Positions 49,297-57,819 of a DNA stretch of 63,898 nucleotides are shown in pieces. The position numbers were made by a program, and so were the translations under genes. The DNA is from Desulfobacula sp. (lineage in GTDB: Bacteria; Desulfobacterota; Desulfobacteria; Desulfobacterales; Desulfobacteraceae): assembly GCA_018702715.1 (NCBI GenBank), contig JABIYQ010000120.1, positions 1-63,898 of the forward strand, given 5' to 3'. Under the pieces are notes generated by a model. The model had not been told where the DNA came from. It worked only from the letters and a program-made list of their open reading frames with translations, and did no database searches. Every line of letters starts with the position of its first letter. The first letter of the stretch is position 1.

Positions 49297-49318
49297 TACC
49301 CGCTGCTTTAGGATTTTA

Positions 49319-49333
49319 GCAATTGCCGTGCCA
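49319..49333 (-). promoter_or_regulatory. Sigma54 -24/-12 promoter (usp-acuB-usp-usp-pat)
   Basis: TGGCACGGCAATTGC (full consensus); class A motif at 49440-49456. Confidence 0.85.
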
Positions 49334-49708
49334 TAGTCTTATCAATTATTAAAAGCATTGCCCAATCAGCATCTGAGCTGTTAAAGCCTGCAAAAAAACA
49401 ATGCCCCATTGTGAATGATCAAACAAAATATTTTCAACCTGTAAAAAAAGCTGACACAGGTTTCAGATTTAATTCATCAGGGATAAATGTCATGGTCCTT
49501 TATCCTGATTTTCAACAAATTTATAAGATGTGACTGTGTTGAGGCAAAAGAGATCAGAGTAAACCCTAACATTAGGGTAAATTAAGTTGGCAGTTTGATT
49601 TTGAAAAAATAAAGCAGCCAGGCGCGGCCTTTAGAATATTTTATAATTTCTTCTTCAATACAGTGATCCTCAAGTATAAAGATTTTAAAACGTACCGGAT
49701 TAGTACAG

Positions 49709-50389
49709 CTAATCAGCGGAAAGATCATTATTATTTAATCCAAACCGCAACCATTTAAAATCTTCCCGGTTTTTTTGGGGAACCTTTTGTCCCACTCGTA
49801 CCATCAAGAAATTTTCAGGTTTTAGACAGATATTGGGTTCGTTTGTCCGGGATGCTGTGAATCTGAAACCCGTGTAAAGATTCATGAGCATATTTCTATA
49901 GGCCTGAACGCTTAGTCCTGAATAATGAAGATCCCATGTCCATGAACAGGCAGTGAGATAGACGATTTTTTGCTCTAATTGGGGATCACTGAAAAGATGA
50001 GATAAAAGGCGTTGTGCAATCCCATGATTTCTAAATTCCCTTAACACCTCAACTGCTTTGAGCTCCTTAATATTATTTTTCCCTAACCTTGCCCATCGCT
50101 CTTTTGAATTCGGGTAATCAAGGACGGCAAAACCGATGATGGTTTTGTTAGCCAAAATGGCAAGCGCAATACTTCCGCCGTTTTTTACAAAGTGTTCAAG
50201 GGTCTTTCTTTTAGTATAGATGGATCGATACCGTTCATGGCTCTTGAAATCAGAAGCTAAGATTAATTCCTGAATACGATCAAGAGTTAATTTTGACTCA
50301 ATGCTAACTATGCCTTTCTTTGTCTCAATACATTCGCTAATTGCTTTTCTCCATAAAAAATGGTCATGGTAATTTTGATCTCCAGGCAT
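49709..50389 (-). CDS. acuA: AcuA-like GNAT acetyltransferase
   Basis: 'YP...ERW...IKELKAVEV..EFRNHGIA...SWTWDL...YR.ML...TNEPNI...PENFLMVRVG' parallels Bacillus AcuA; ATG 50389 directly after the usp stop. Confidence 0.78.
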   Translation of the reverse strand: MPGDQNYHDHFLWRKAISECIETKKGIVSIESKLTLDRIQELILASDFKSHERYRSIYTKRKTLEHFVKNGGSIALAILANKTIIGFAVLDYPNSKERWARLGKNNIKELKAVEVLREFRNHGIAQRLLSHLFSDPQLEQKIVYLTACSWTWDLHYSGLSVQAYRNMLMNLYTGFRFTASRTNEPNICLKPENFLMVRVGQKVPQKNREDFKWLRFGLNNNDLSAD

Positions 50390-50390
50390 T

Positions 50391-50888
50391 TCAGTCCTTT
50401 CTTTTGAATAACATTTTATCCCTGACACTGACAACCGGAACAGGAGAATGTCTGAATACCTTTTCAGCAACGCTTCCAAATAAAAATCTTGAAATATTCC
50501 CTTTGCCTTTGTTGGCCATTACGATTAAATCAATTTCTTCTGATTCAACCGTTTTAAGGATACATTCAGAAGGGATACCCGCACTGATCCTTGTTTCTAT
50601 TATGGGCACTTCATTAACAAAATTTTCTTCTATTAATTGTTTCAAACGCCCCTGTCTTTCTTTTGTCACCTCCATGACGTATTCTTCGGCATCAACCCCA
50701 TTTGCATAATATCCGGGGGAAAACCCATAAACCATGTCAATTCTATAGATATCCCTTTGATTGATAACATTTAAAACCATAATTTGAGCCCCTGTTTTTT
50801 TTGCAAGCGCCATAGCATACTCAAGTGTTATTAAAGAATATTCTGAAAGATCAATACAGGCCAAAATTTTATGTATTTTTTTATTCAT
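50391..50888 (-). CDS. Universal stress protein
   Basis: USP motifs; close paralog of 48714. Confidence 0.92.
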   Translation of the reverse strand: MNKKIHKILACIDLSEYSLITLEYAMALAKKTGAQIMVLNVINQRDIYRIDMVYGFSPGYYANGVDAEEYVMEVTKERQGRLKQLIEENFVNEVPIIETRISAGIPSECILKTVESEEIDLIVMANKGKGNISRFLFGSVAEKVFRHSPVPVVSVRDKMLFKRKD

Positions 50889-50907
50889 TACCTGTCTCCT
50901 TTGATTA

Positions 50908-51054
50908 TTAACAGATTCGTTTAGATTCCTGTTGCAGATCTGCTACATAAAGCAACTCCCCCATTTCATGAAATATTTCGACCAGACTGCAAAATATGAT
51001 GAATAGAAAACTGATGAATGTAATTTTAAATAGGGTTTTTATTAATTGTCCCAT
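50908..51054 (-). CDS. 48-aa small protein: hydrophobic N-terminus fused to an AcuB-like C-terminal tail (below ORF-track cutoff)
   Basis: AGGAGG RBS; MGQLIKTLFKITFISFLFIIFCSLVEIFHEMGELLYVADLQQESKRIC*. Confidence 0.55.
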   Translation of the reverse strand: MGQLIKTLFKITFISFLFIIFCSLVEIFHEMGELLYVADLQQESKRIC

Positions 51055-51145
51055 TGTTTCCTCCTAAAAGATTAAACGTCTATATCCTCACCAGTATCCA
51101 GGTGAATTTCAATATAACCGGATACAATTTTCAGTTTAGAATAGA

Positions 51146-51160
51146 GCATTTAATGTGCCA
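51146..51160 (-). promoter_or_regulatory. Sigma54 -24/-12 promoter (sORF-usp-acuA)
   Basis: TGGCACATTAAATGC. Confidence 0.75.
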
Positions 51161-51537
51161 GTATTTTTTTTAAAAAGATTAGATGCAAAATAATACAGTC
51201 ATGTTGATTAAATTTATCTCAGGGAAGCGGTCAATAGCAGTTGAGGTACCGGCTATTTGCCTGCCAGGCAATAAATCATACCCTGTCATCCAATCAGGGA
51301 GCTTATATTTTAAAATTGTTTTTTATCCTGTTTTTAATGCCGGACCGGATGGATAGAGGATTTGACTGCCATGGTATGGCCACCATAGTGTAATACTTGT
51401 TCTCAAAGTGCAAAATAAACTGACACGGGTTGCGTCTGCCGTCTGGAAAAGACAACTGTCCATATTCTTCAGCAAACATAAGAATTTCAATGTATTCCGG
51501 ATTCGCAGGGATAATTTGCCCAATCCTTTTACTGCAT

Positions 51538-51552
51538 TGGCATTGTTATTGC
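51538..51552 (+). promoter_or_regulatory. Sigma54 -24/-12 promoter (cytidylate kinase-like gene)
   Basis: TGGCATTGTTATTGC; class A motif at 51409-51425. Confidence 0.8.
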
Positions 51553-51649
51553 CCTTATGATTTATAGTCCTCAAAAAGAAAATGTGTTTGGGAATCATTT
51601 TCAGGAAGAGTGAAGGTGTAAAAAAAAATTTTCAAAAGGAGAAAATAAA

Positions 51650-52399
51650 ATGAATCAAAATTCACAAAAAACAATTTATAAACCCGGATATTATGGCAAG
51701 AAAAGAATGAGTGCCTCTGCCTGGACAGAAGCCTGCATCAATAAATGGAGCAGAGAACACTCAGACAGGCGGCAGGAGCATGAAAAACCTGAATTACTGT
51801 ATAGTGTCTGTTTTTCGCGACAAATCGGGGTGGGTGCACTGGAAATTGCAGATCTTCTGTCTGAAATCATCCATTATCGGGTGGTGGATAGAGAAATTCT
51901 TGAGCATATGGCAAATGATGCTAATCTGGCACAAAAGGCCATTGAATTTTACGACGAGCGATACCCCGGCAAAATGAGCGAATTATTTTCCATGCTGATC
52001 AGCAAAAAAACCTTTATAAAAAGTGATTATGCAAGGCAACTGGTAAAGACCGTCACTGCGCTGGCCAACACAGAATCCACAATTTTTGTGGGGCGGGGAA
52101 CCCATTTGATCCTGCCCCGTAATCAAACTCTGTCCGTGCGGTTGATCTGCAGCAGGGAATACCGGGTCCATCGGCTGGCCGTCATGCTGGGCATTGATGC
52201 ATCAGAGGCTGAAAAACAATTAAATGCCATTGATATTGAACAGCATAGGTTTTTTAAAGCTGTTTATCAAAAAGATAAAGCCGCCCTTGATGCCTTTGAC
52301 ATTGTTATCAACAGGGATCACATCAATGGTGCATCCCAGGTCGCCCGGATAGCAGCATCTGCCTTTGAACAGAAATTTGGCTTGGAAATATCAGATTAA
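51650..52399 (+). CDS. Cytidylate kinase-like family protein
   Basis: 'FSRQIGVGALEIA', 'VVDREIL', 'IFVGRG', 'VRLIC', 'FDIVIN'. Confidence 0.82.
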   Translation: MNQNSQKTIYKPGYYGKKRMSASAWTEACINKWSREHSDRRQEHEKPELLYSVCFSRQIGVGALEIADLLSEIIHYRVVDREILEHMANDANLAQKAIEFYDERYPGKMSELFSMLISKKTFIKSDYARQLVKTVTALANTESTIFVGRGTHLILPRNQTLSVRLICSREYRVHRLAVMLGIDASEAEKQLNAIDIEQHRFFKAVYQKDKAALDAFDIVINRDHINGASQVARIAASAFEQKFGLEISD

Positions 52400-52422
52400 A
52401 TACCCTGCAGCTCCTCTGGATT

Positions 52423-53076
52423 ATGCTCAAGGCCAGAAAATATGGTGTCAGTGTACATGGCATAACCGTGTCTCAGGAACAGGTGAGATATGCAGATCAA
52501 TTCTACAAAGACCTTGATATTAAAATCGAGCTAAAGGATTATCGGGATTTAACTGAAAAATTCGATCGCATTGTTTCCATTGGGATGTTCGAACATGTGG
52601 GTTGCAAAAACTACAGGACGTTTATGAAAGTTGTCCATGGATGTTTAAAACAGGACAGCCTTTTTTTGTTGCATACCATAGCGGGTAATCGTTCTGTGAA
52701 TTCAACGGACCCATGGATAAATGAGTATATTTTTCCAAATTCAATGCTCCCGTCGGCAAAACAGATCTCCGCAGCAGCAGAGGGATTACTTGTGCTCGAG
52801 GATTGGCACAGCTTTGGGCAATATTATGATCAAACCTTGATGGCCTGGTACCGCAATTTTATAAAAAACTGGAACAAGCTCAAAGCATCCTATGATGAAA
52901 TATTTTACAGGATGTGGACCTATTATCTCCTTTTATGTGCGGCAGCTTCAGGGCAAGAAGGAATCAATTGTGGCAGATTGTGTTTTCAAAAAAAGGGATA
53001 AAAGGAGAAAAATTCCCAGCCTATCCGCGCTGGCGATATTAAATACATGGATAGTTATTTTACAGTGGCGCCATAG
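52423..53076 (+). pseudogene. cfa: Cyclopropane fatty acyl phospholipid synthase, 5'-truncated and frameshifted
   Basis: 'DYRD...FDRIVSIGMFEHVG.KNY', 'YIFPN', 'RMWTYYL'; SAM motif I absent; conserved tail 'SFRARRNQLWQIVFS' continues in another frame after about 52940. Confidence 0.82.
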
Positions 53077-53078
53077 GG

Positions 53079-53999
53079 TCAGGAAAGCGTATTTAGAATC
53101 GCATCAAATGTCAGGTTATTTGAAGTGATGTGATGCTTTAAGGCAGACATTCCGATTAAAGAAGATGATGAAAAAGGAATGTGCTGAATCGGAAGAGATG
53201 GGAATCCATTCCCCGTATTTTTTTCTTTTGCCCCCTCCTGCATCCGGTCATTGCAGATCAGTCCCCTGATTGCTATATCCAGGGAAGTCAGCTGACCTGT
53301 TATCCGTCTGGTTTCCGCCACGGACAGCACATCCTGGTTAAAAACAACAAATAAATTTGTTTTTTTGGGGTCTTCAAAAATAGCCTTGAGTGTCTGGTAG
53401 TCGGATTTAATCTCCCGGATTCCGGACAAAACCTTATCCCGTTCAAATTCCTTTCCGGCAAATTTAATTCTGGAAATGATTTCCTTTCGCTTATAAATTT
53501 CTAACCGCAGTTTTTCAAGTTGATCAATCCAGATTAATGACAGGGCCGGCAGATTAAAAAATCTTAAAGACAAGGCTGTCGGCGGCATGTCAATGATCAG
53601 GTAATCATATGCCCTGTATTTGTTTTGAAGGTTCATGAAAGCTGTTACCAGTGCATATTCCTCCATGCCGGGAGAAAATTTTAAAATATCAAAATAATTA
53701 TCCAGGTTAAAGGCTGTCAGGTAGGCATAACTGTTCTTAACATTTTGGGCCGTTTTTTTCAGATATCGTTTAATTTCCCTGTCCCGGTCAATTTGAAGAA
53801 CATCAAGACAAGGTCCCAGGGTGCAGGCTTTATCGGAAAAATCCGCCTCAAAAATATCAGACTGGTTGTGGGCATCATCAAAGGAAGCCAGGAGCACTTT
53901 TTTACCCTTTCCCATCAGCACCAGCGATAAAAGTGCCGATGCCGTGGATTTTCCGGTTCCGCCCTTGCCCAGAAAAAATAATGTTTGAAGTTCAGCCAT
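53079..53999 (-). CDS. ArsA/Get3-family ATPase (single domain)
   Basis: Deviant Walker A GKGGTGKST, 'SFDDAHN', 'PGMEEY', 'IIDMPPT', 'AETRR'. Confidence 0.88.
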   Translation of the reverse strand: MAELQTLFFLGKGGTGKSTASALLSLVLMGKGKKVLLASFDDAHNQSDIFEADFSDKACTLGPCLDVLQIDRDREIKRYLKKTAQNVKNSYAYLTAFNLDNYFDILKFSPGMEEYALVTAFMNLQNKYRAYDYLIIDMPPTALSLRFFNLPALSLIWIDQLEKLRLEIYKRKEIISRIKFAGKEFERDKVLSGIREIKSDYQTLKAIFEDPKKTNLFVVFNQDVLSVAETRRITGQLTSLDIAIRGLICNDRMQEGAKEKNTGNGFPSLPIQHIPFSSSSLIGMSALKHHITSNNLTFDAILNTLS

Positions 54000-54004
54000 G
54001 GATT

Positions 54005-54316
54005 TTATCCTATATCAAATACGGAAAACAGCCTTGATAAAGGTTCATTGGCTGTGTCCACCCTTTCAAGAAGCAGGATCAAATCCTTTTCCATTAAAGG
54101 GAGAAGATCCATGCAGATCTGTACGGGAGGAGACGGCATTCCAATGAAGGTTCCCTGCACCAGAACGGCAAAAATATACTCAAGTTCTTCCAGTTCCGCC
54201 TCAATGGTTCCAACTGCTTTATCCCTTGCTACCTCATCAGCCACCTGCCAGATGTCAATAATCCGGTTTTTTATTCTTTCAATACCGTTTTTGAGATATG
54301 TCTTTGGTGTATTCAT
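54005..54316 (-). CDS. Small conserved-looking protein of cstA-arsA-like operons
   Basis: 'ELEELEYIFAVLVQGTFIGMPSPP...LLP' resembles small proteins I recall between cstA and arsA-like genes; coupled to both neighbours. Confidence 0.65.
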   Translation of the reverse strand: MNTPKTYLKNGIERIKNRIIDIWQVADEVARDKAVGTIEAELEELEYIFAVLVQGTFIGMPSPPVQICMDLLPLMEKDLILLLERVDTANEPLSRLFSVFDIG

Positions 54317-54744
54317 TTTACCCTGAATATTAGCCGGTCAAAATGGATTCGTTTTTTGGATGGAAAATAATAATAACCGGCATACAGGGCCATGAGCACA
54401 ATGGCAGCGGCATAAAATCGGGAAAAATCGCATAAAACAGCTGCAAAAGCAAGATAAGGCGTGATCTGTGATATCCATAAAAGTCTTTTTTGAAAAGATA
54501 AAAATTTTCTGGCCGGAACCTCTGTTTTTTTCCGCATGGAATGGGCAAAGAGGGTTCGGAAAAAAACAGGTCCTGCAATGGCCGTAATGACGGATAAGAC
54601 AAATATGATTGAATGCAGGGCAGAAGGAACAGCAAACTGCCCGGCCGTGATGAGATTCAATTGTCTTGCCAGGCCAAAGGCCATAAAAAGGCTGATCACA
54701 GGTATGGCAGTTTGAATATATTGCTTGATAAGTATGGGTTGCAT
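54313..54744 (-). CDS. Hypothetical 4-TM membrane protein
   Basis: Four hydrophobic stretches; GAGG RBS; stop overlaps the next ATG. Confidence 0.7.
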   Translation of the reverse strand: MQPILIKQYIQTAIPVISLFMAFGLARQLNLITAGQFAVPSALHSIIFVLSVITAIAGPVFFRTLFAHSMRKKTEVPARKFLSFQKRLLWISQITPYLAFAAVLCDFSRFYAAAIVLMALYAGYYYFPSKKRIHFDRLIFRVK

Positions 54745-54757
54745 ATAAAATCCTCAG

Positions 54758-54790
54758 ATGAGCAGGAAGAAATCATTTCTTCCTGCTCAT
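54758..54790. terminator. Long perfect hairpin after cstA
   Basis: ATGAGCAGGAAGAAAT-C-ATTTCTTCCTGCTCAT; no clear U-tract, may be a stabilising or attenuating stem. Confidence 0.6.
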
Positions 54791-54801
54791 ATAATTTCTT
54801 A

Positions 54802-56517
54802 TCAGGTTTCGGATTTGATGCTCATAAATTTTATGAGTCCTTCAACCGTGATCCAGATGGCCAGGAGAAGGATCAATCCATTCACTATCTGGAGCAGCAT
54901 ATTGTGGCTGGTACCGTACTTGGTCTGATTCAGCACCAGTGCCCATACGGTCATAACCATCATGAACACGGCCGGAATACCCGCTATCAAGTATTTTACA
55001 CCGCCTTTGGTTTTCAGGTACAAGGCAATAATGATCAGGGCAAGTCCTGCAAGGGTCTGGTTGACCGCGCCGAACAAGGGCCAGAGTTTCAGCGCCCCTT
55101 TTCCACCGGCACCGGTTGCAAATGCCAGGGCCAGCGCTGTTGCCACAGCTATAAAAGTGGTCACATATTTGCCCGTAAGAAAATCCATTTTAAAACCGGT
55201 AAAAAGCTCAGAAATAATATAGCGCTGAATACGGGTGGCGGTATCCAGCGTGGTCCCGGCAAAAGATGCCACAAATACCCCCATGACAGCCAGACCGAAT
55301 GCGTTAGGCAATCCCGTGGAAGCTATCATATTGGCAGACCCGTTCACAAAGGCTGCAATTTTGGAGCCAAGCCCGGCTGCGGCGGCCCAGGAAGAATAAT
55401 GGGTTGTCCAGGCTGCCACACCCATTAGGGTTTCACCTGATTTGGCCACATATCCCATACCAATTCCGGCAGAGACGGCAATAATCACCAAAGTGGCAAG
55501 CGCCCCTTCCATAAGCATGGAACCATATCCGACAAACAAAGAATCGCTTTCATTCCTGACCTGTTTGGAAGATGTGCCTGAAGATACCAGGGAATGAAAC
55601 CCTGAAATAGCACCACAGGCAATGGTAATAAACAGGAACGGCCACATGGGGGGTGCCGCAGAAGGCGCTATCTGGACTGCCGGAGCAACGATATGAAGAT
55701 TTCCGCCAAAAGCGGAGAAAAACACACCCAGAATCAACAGAGCCATGGCAACCAGCAACTGATGTGAGTTGATAAAATCACGGGGCTGGAGCAATGTTGT
55801 TACCGGAAGCGTAGAGGCAATAAATGCATAGATCAAAAGGATAATAGTCCATACGCCCGTTGGCGGAATCCCGGCAATAGCCGGCATTTTAATGGGAATA
55901 TAAACACCAATGAGCACAGTGATATACATTACAACCACGGCAATAATGGACCAGGTCATAATACTCTTGCCCTGTTTGTAAATTGCATGCCCGAGATAAA
56001 GGGCAATGGCAACCTCGCACCAGACCGGGAATACGGATGCCGGATACATGGCAAATACCACGGCAATAACCAGACCGAAGATGGCAATCACAATCCATAA
56101 CTCTAAAAATACAATTAGAAAAAAGAAAAACCGGGTGCGGGCATTTACATATTTTGAGGTATAATCTGCAATGGATTTCCCCTGGTTTCTCATGGAAATA
56201 ATCAAGGCACCAAAATCATGAACCGCTCCCATGAAAACGCTACCGAAAAATACCCATATCAACGCCGGCACCCATCCCCAGATAACAGCGATAGCGGGTC
56301 CAACAATGGGTCCGGTTCCGGCAATGGATGTAAAATGATGCCCGAAAATCACCTCCTTTTTCGTGGGAACATAATCCGTACCATCTTCCAATTCAACGGA
56401 AGGTACCGTTGTCGTCCGGGATAACTTGAAAATTTTTTGTCCAATAAATTTGCCATACAGGTTATACATAAGGATATAACCTATAAACGCAACGACCATG
56501 ATGACTAACGCATTCAT
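54802..56517 (-). CDS. cstA: Carbon starvation protein A family transporter
   Basis: 'DGTDYVPT...FGHHFTSIAGTGPIVGP', 'GAVHDF', 'LLQPRD', 'ITIACGAISGFHSL', 'TTLDTATR', 'WPLFGAVNQ'. Confidence 0.95.
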   Translation of the reverse strand: MNALVIMVVAFIGYILMYNLYGKFIGQKIFKLSRTTTVPSVELEDGTDYVPTKKEVIFGHHFTSIAGTGPIVGPAIAVIWGWVPALIWVFFGSVFMGAVHDFGALIISMRNQGKSIADYTSKYVNARTRFFFFLIVFLELWIVIAIFGLVIAVVFAMYPASVFPVWCEVAIALYLGHAIYKQGKSIMTWSIIAVVVMYITVLIGVYIPIKMPAIAGIPPTGVWTIILLIYAFIASTLPVTTLLQPRDFINSHQLLVAMALLILGVFFSAFGGNLHIVAPAVQIAPSAAPPMWPFLFITIACGAISGFHSLVSSGTSSKQVRNESDSLFVGYGSMLMEGALATLVIIAVSAGIGMGYVAKSGETLMGVAAWTTHYSSWAAAAGLGSKIAAFVNGSANMIASTGLPNAFGLAVMGVFVASFAGTTLDTATRIQRYIISELFTGFKMDFLTGKYVTTFIAVATALALAFATGAGGKGALKLWPLFGAVNQTLAGLALIIIALYLKTKGGVKYLIAGIPAVFMMVMTVWALVLNQTKYGTSHNMLLQIVNGLILLLAIWITVEGLIKFMSIKSET

Positions 56518-56633
56518 TTTAATATCTCCTTGTGGCTATTAAAATTAATATAAACCATGGCAAAAGTATTTGATGTCATCTGCTTTTGTCAGTTCTATCT
56601 TTCACCCCTTTTCAGGTTCTCAAAATATAGATA

Positions 56634-56648
56634 GCAAAATAGATGCCA
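56634..56648 (-). promoter_or_regulatory. Sigma54 -24/-12 promoter (cstA operon)
   Basis: TGGCATCTATTTTGC; class A motif TGTCAGTTTATTTTACA at 56724-56740. Confidence 0.82.
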
Positions 56649-56800
56649 GAATATGTTTTCATGTTTAAACGCTTAATTTTTATGGAATTTTTTTTTATTC
56701 TAGGATTTTTTTGATTTTCAGCCTGTCAGTTTATTTTACAGTCTGGAAAAATAGTTTACAAAGAAGATCTTAAATTCCTTTGGTTACAAAAAAAAACGGA

Positions 56801-57703
56801 TTATACTTTTGTAATTTTTTCCATTTCAAAAAACAGATCCTGTTCCCTTATAACCCCTGCTATTTTTCCGGACAATGTAACAATAAGGCGCCTTTCATTG
56901 CCACAGGCCATAAGATAAGCGGCCTCCATCAAGTTTGACCGGCCATCAATTGAAATTGGCGATGGTGACATGACCTCACTGATGCATTTGTTTTTCATTT
57001 CTCGAATTCCTGTAGTGAACATTCCTTTCCAGAACATGGGGGAATATTCAATACTGTCTGCCAAAGCGGGTTTGGGTGCAAAAAGATAATCCGGCATGAC
57101 CATTTCCAACATATCACGAATGGTTAGAATTCCTTTTATCCCACTGTTGTTGTCTTTCACAAGAATAGATCGGTGACCGGTTTCCATCAGGCGCTTGGTG
57201 GCAATTTTTGAAACAAAGGATTTTTTGAGTTCATCTATGGCATCCTGAATGGTCTTTGTCTCATGGATAGTTGTGTATTCTGTAATGGGGATCATAACAT
57301 CGAGAACCATGGCTTCATCATAACCGGATGATTTGTCCTTAAGTTGACAAGCTTGCTTTATTTTATCGGCCAGAAGATCAATATCACAGGGTTTGCCAAG
57401 GTAATCAAAGGCACCCTCAACAAGGGCTTCCCTTGCTGAAGGCATGTCCCCGTGACCGGTCAGCATGATGACAGGCAGATTCGGTCTGATTTTTTTAATT
57501 GCTTTTAAGGCCTCATGTCCGTCCATGCCCGGCATTTTTATATCCAGAATCACAATATTTGGATTTTGATCTAATTTTTCAAGTGCATCCTCTCCGCTTT
57601 CAGCCAGAATGGTTTGGAACCCCTTTTTGGTAAGGATTTTTTTTGTTGTCTCCCGGAATCTTTTTTCATCATCCACCATCAACACTTTTATTTGTTTTTT
57701 CAT
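56801..57703 (-). CDS. REC-CBS fusion response regulator
   Basis: REC 'ILDIKMPG...LTGHG...KPC' plus CBS pair 'VLDVMIPITEYTTI...HRSILV...GILTIRD...GVIREQDLF'; ATG 57703 after AAGGAG. Confidence 0.9.
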   Translation of the reverse strand: MKKQIKVLMVDDEKRFRETTKKILTKKGFQTILAESGEDALEKLDQNPNIVILDIKMPGMDGHEALKAIKKIRPNLPVIMLTGHGDMPSAREALVEGAFDYLGKPCDIDLLADKIKQACQLKDKSSGYDEAMVLDVMIPITEYTTIHETKTIQDAIDELKKSFVSKIATKRLMETGHRSILVKDNNSGIKGILTIRDMLEMVMPDYLFAPKPALADSIEYSPMFWKGMFTTGIREMKNKCISEVMSPSPISIDGRSNLMEAAYLMACGNERRLIVTLSGKIAGVIREQDLFFEMEKITKV

Positions 57704-57736
57704 TTTTATTGTCTCCTTATTGATCAATCCGAATCA

Positions 57737-57772
57737 TAACCTGAAGGTCACACGTAACCTGAAGGTCACAAG
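57737..57772. repeat. Tandem 18-bp direct repeat
   Basis: TAACCTGAAGGTCACACG / TAACCTGAAGGTCACAAG. Confidence 0.9.
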
Positions 57773-57819
57773 TAAATGGGCATTCATAATATTTTATGCA
57801 AATCTTAGGGTTTGTCCTC

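Noticed and set aside
53079-53999. Arsenic resistance arsA
   Set aside because: Single ATPase domain, no ars genes nearby, cstA context.
27514-57813. TTAGGG/CCCTAA as telomere-like repeats
   Set aside because: Isolated single copies, not tandem; kept only as a possible short motif.
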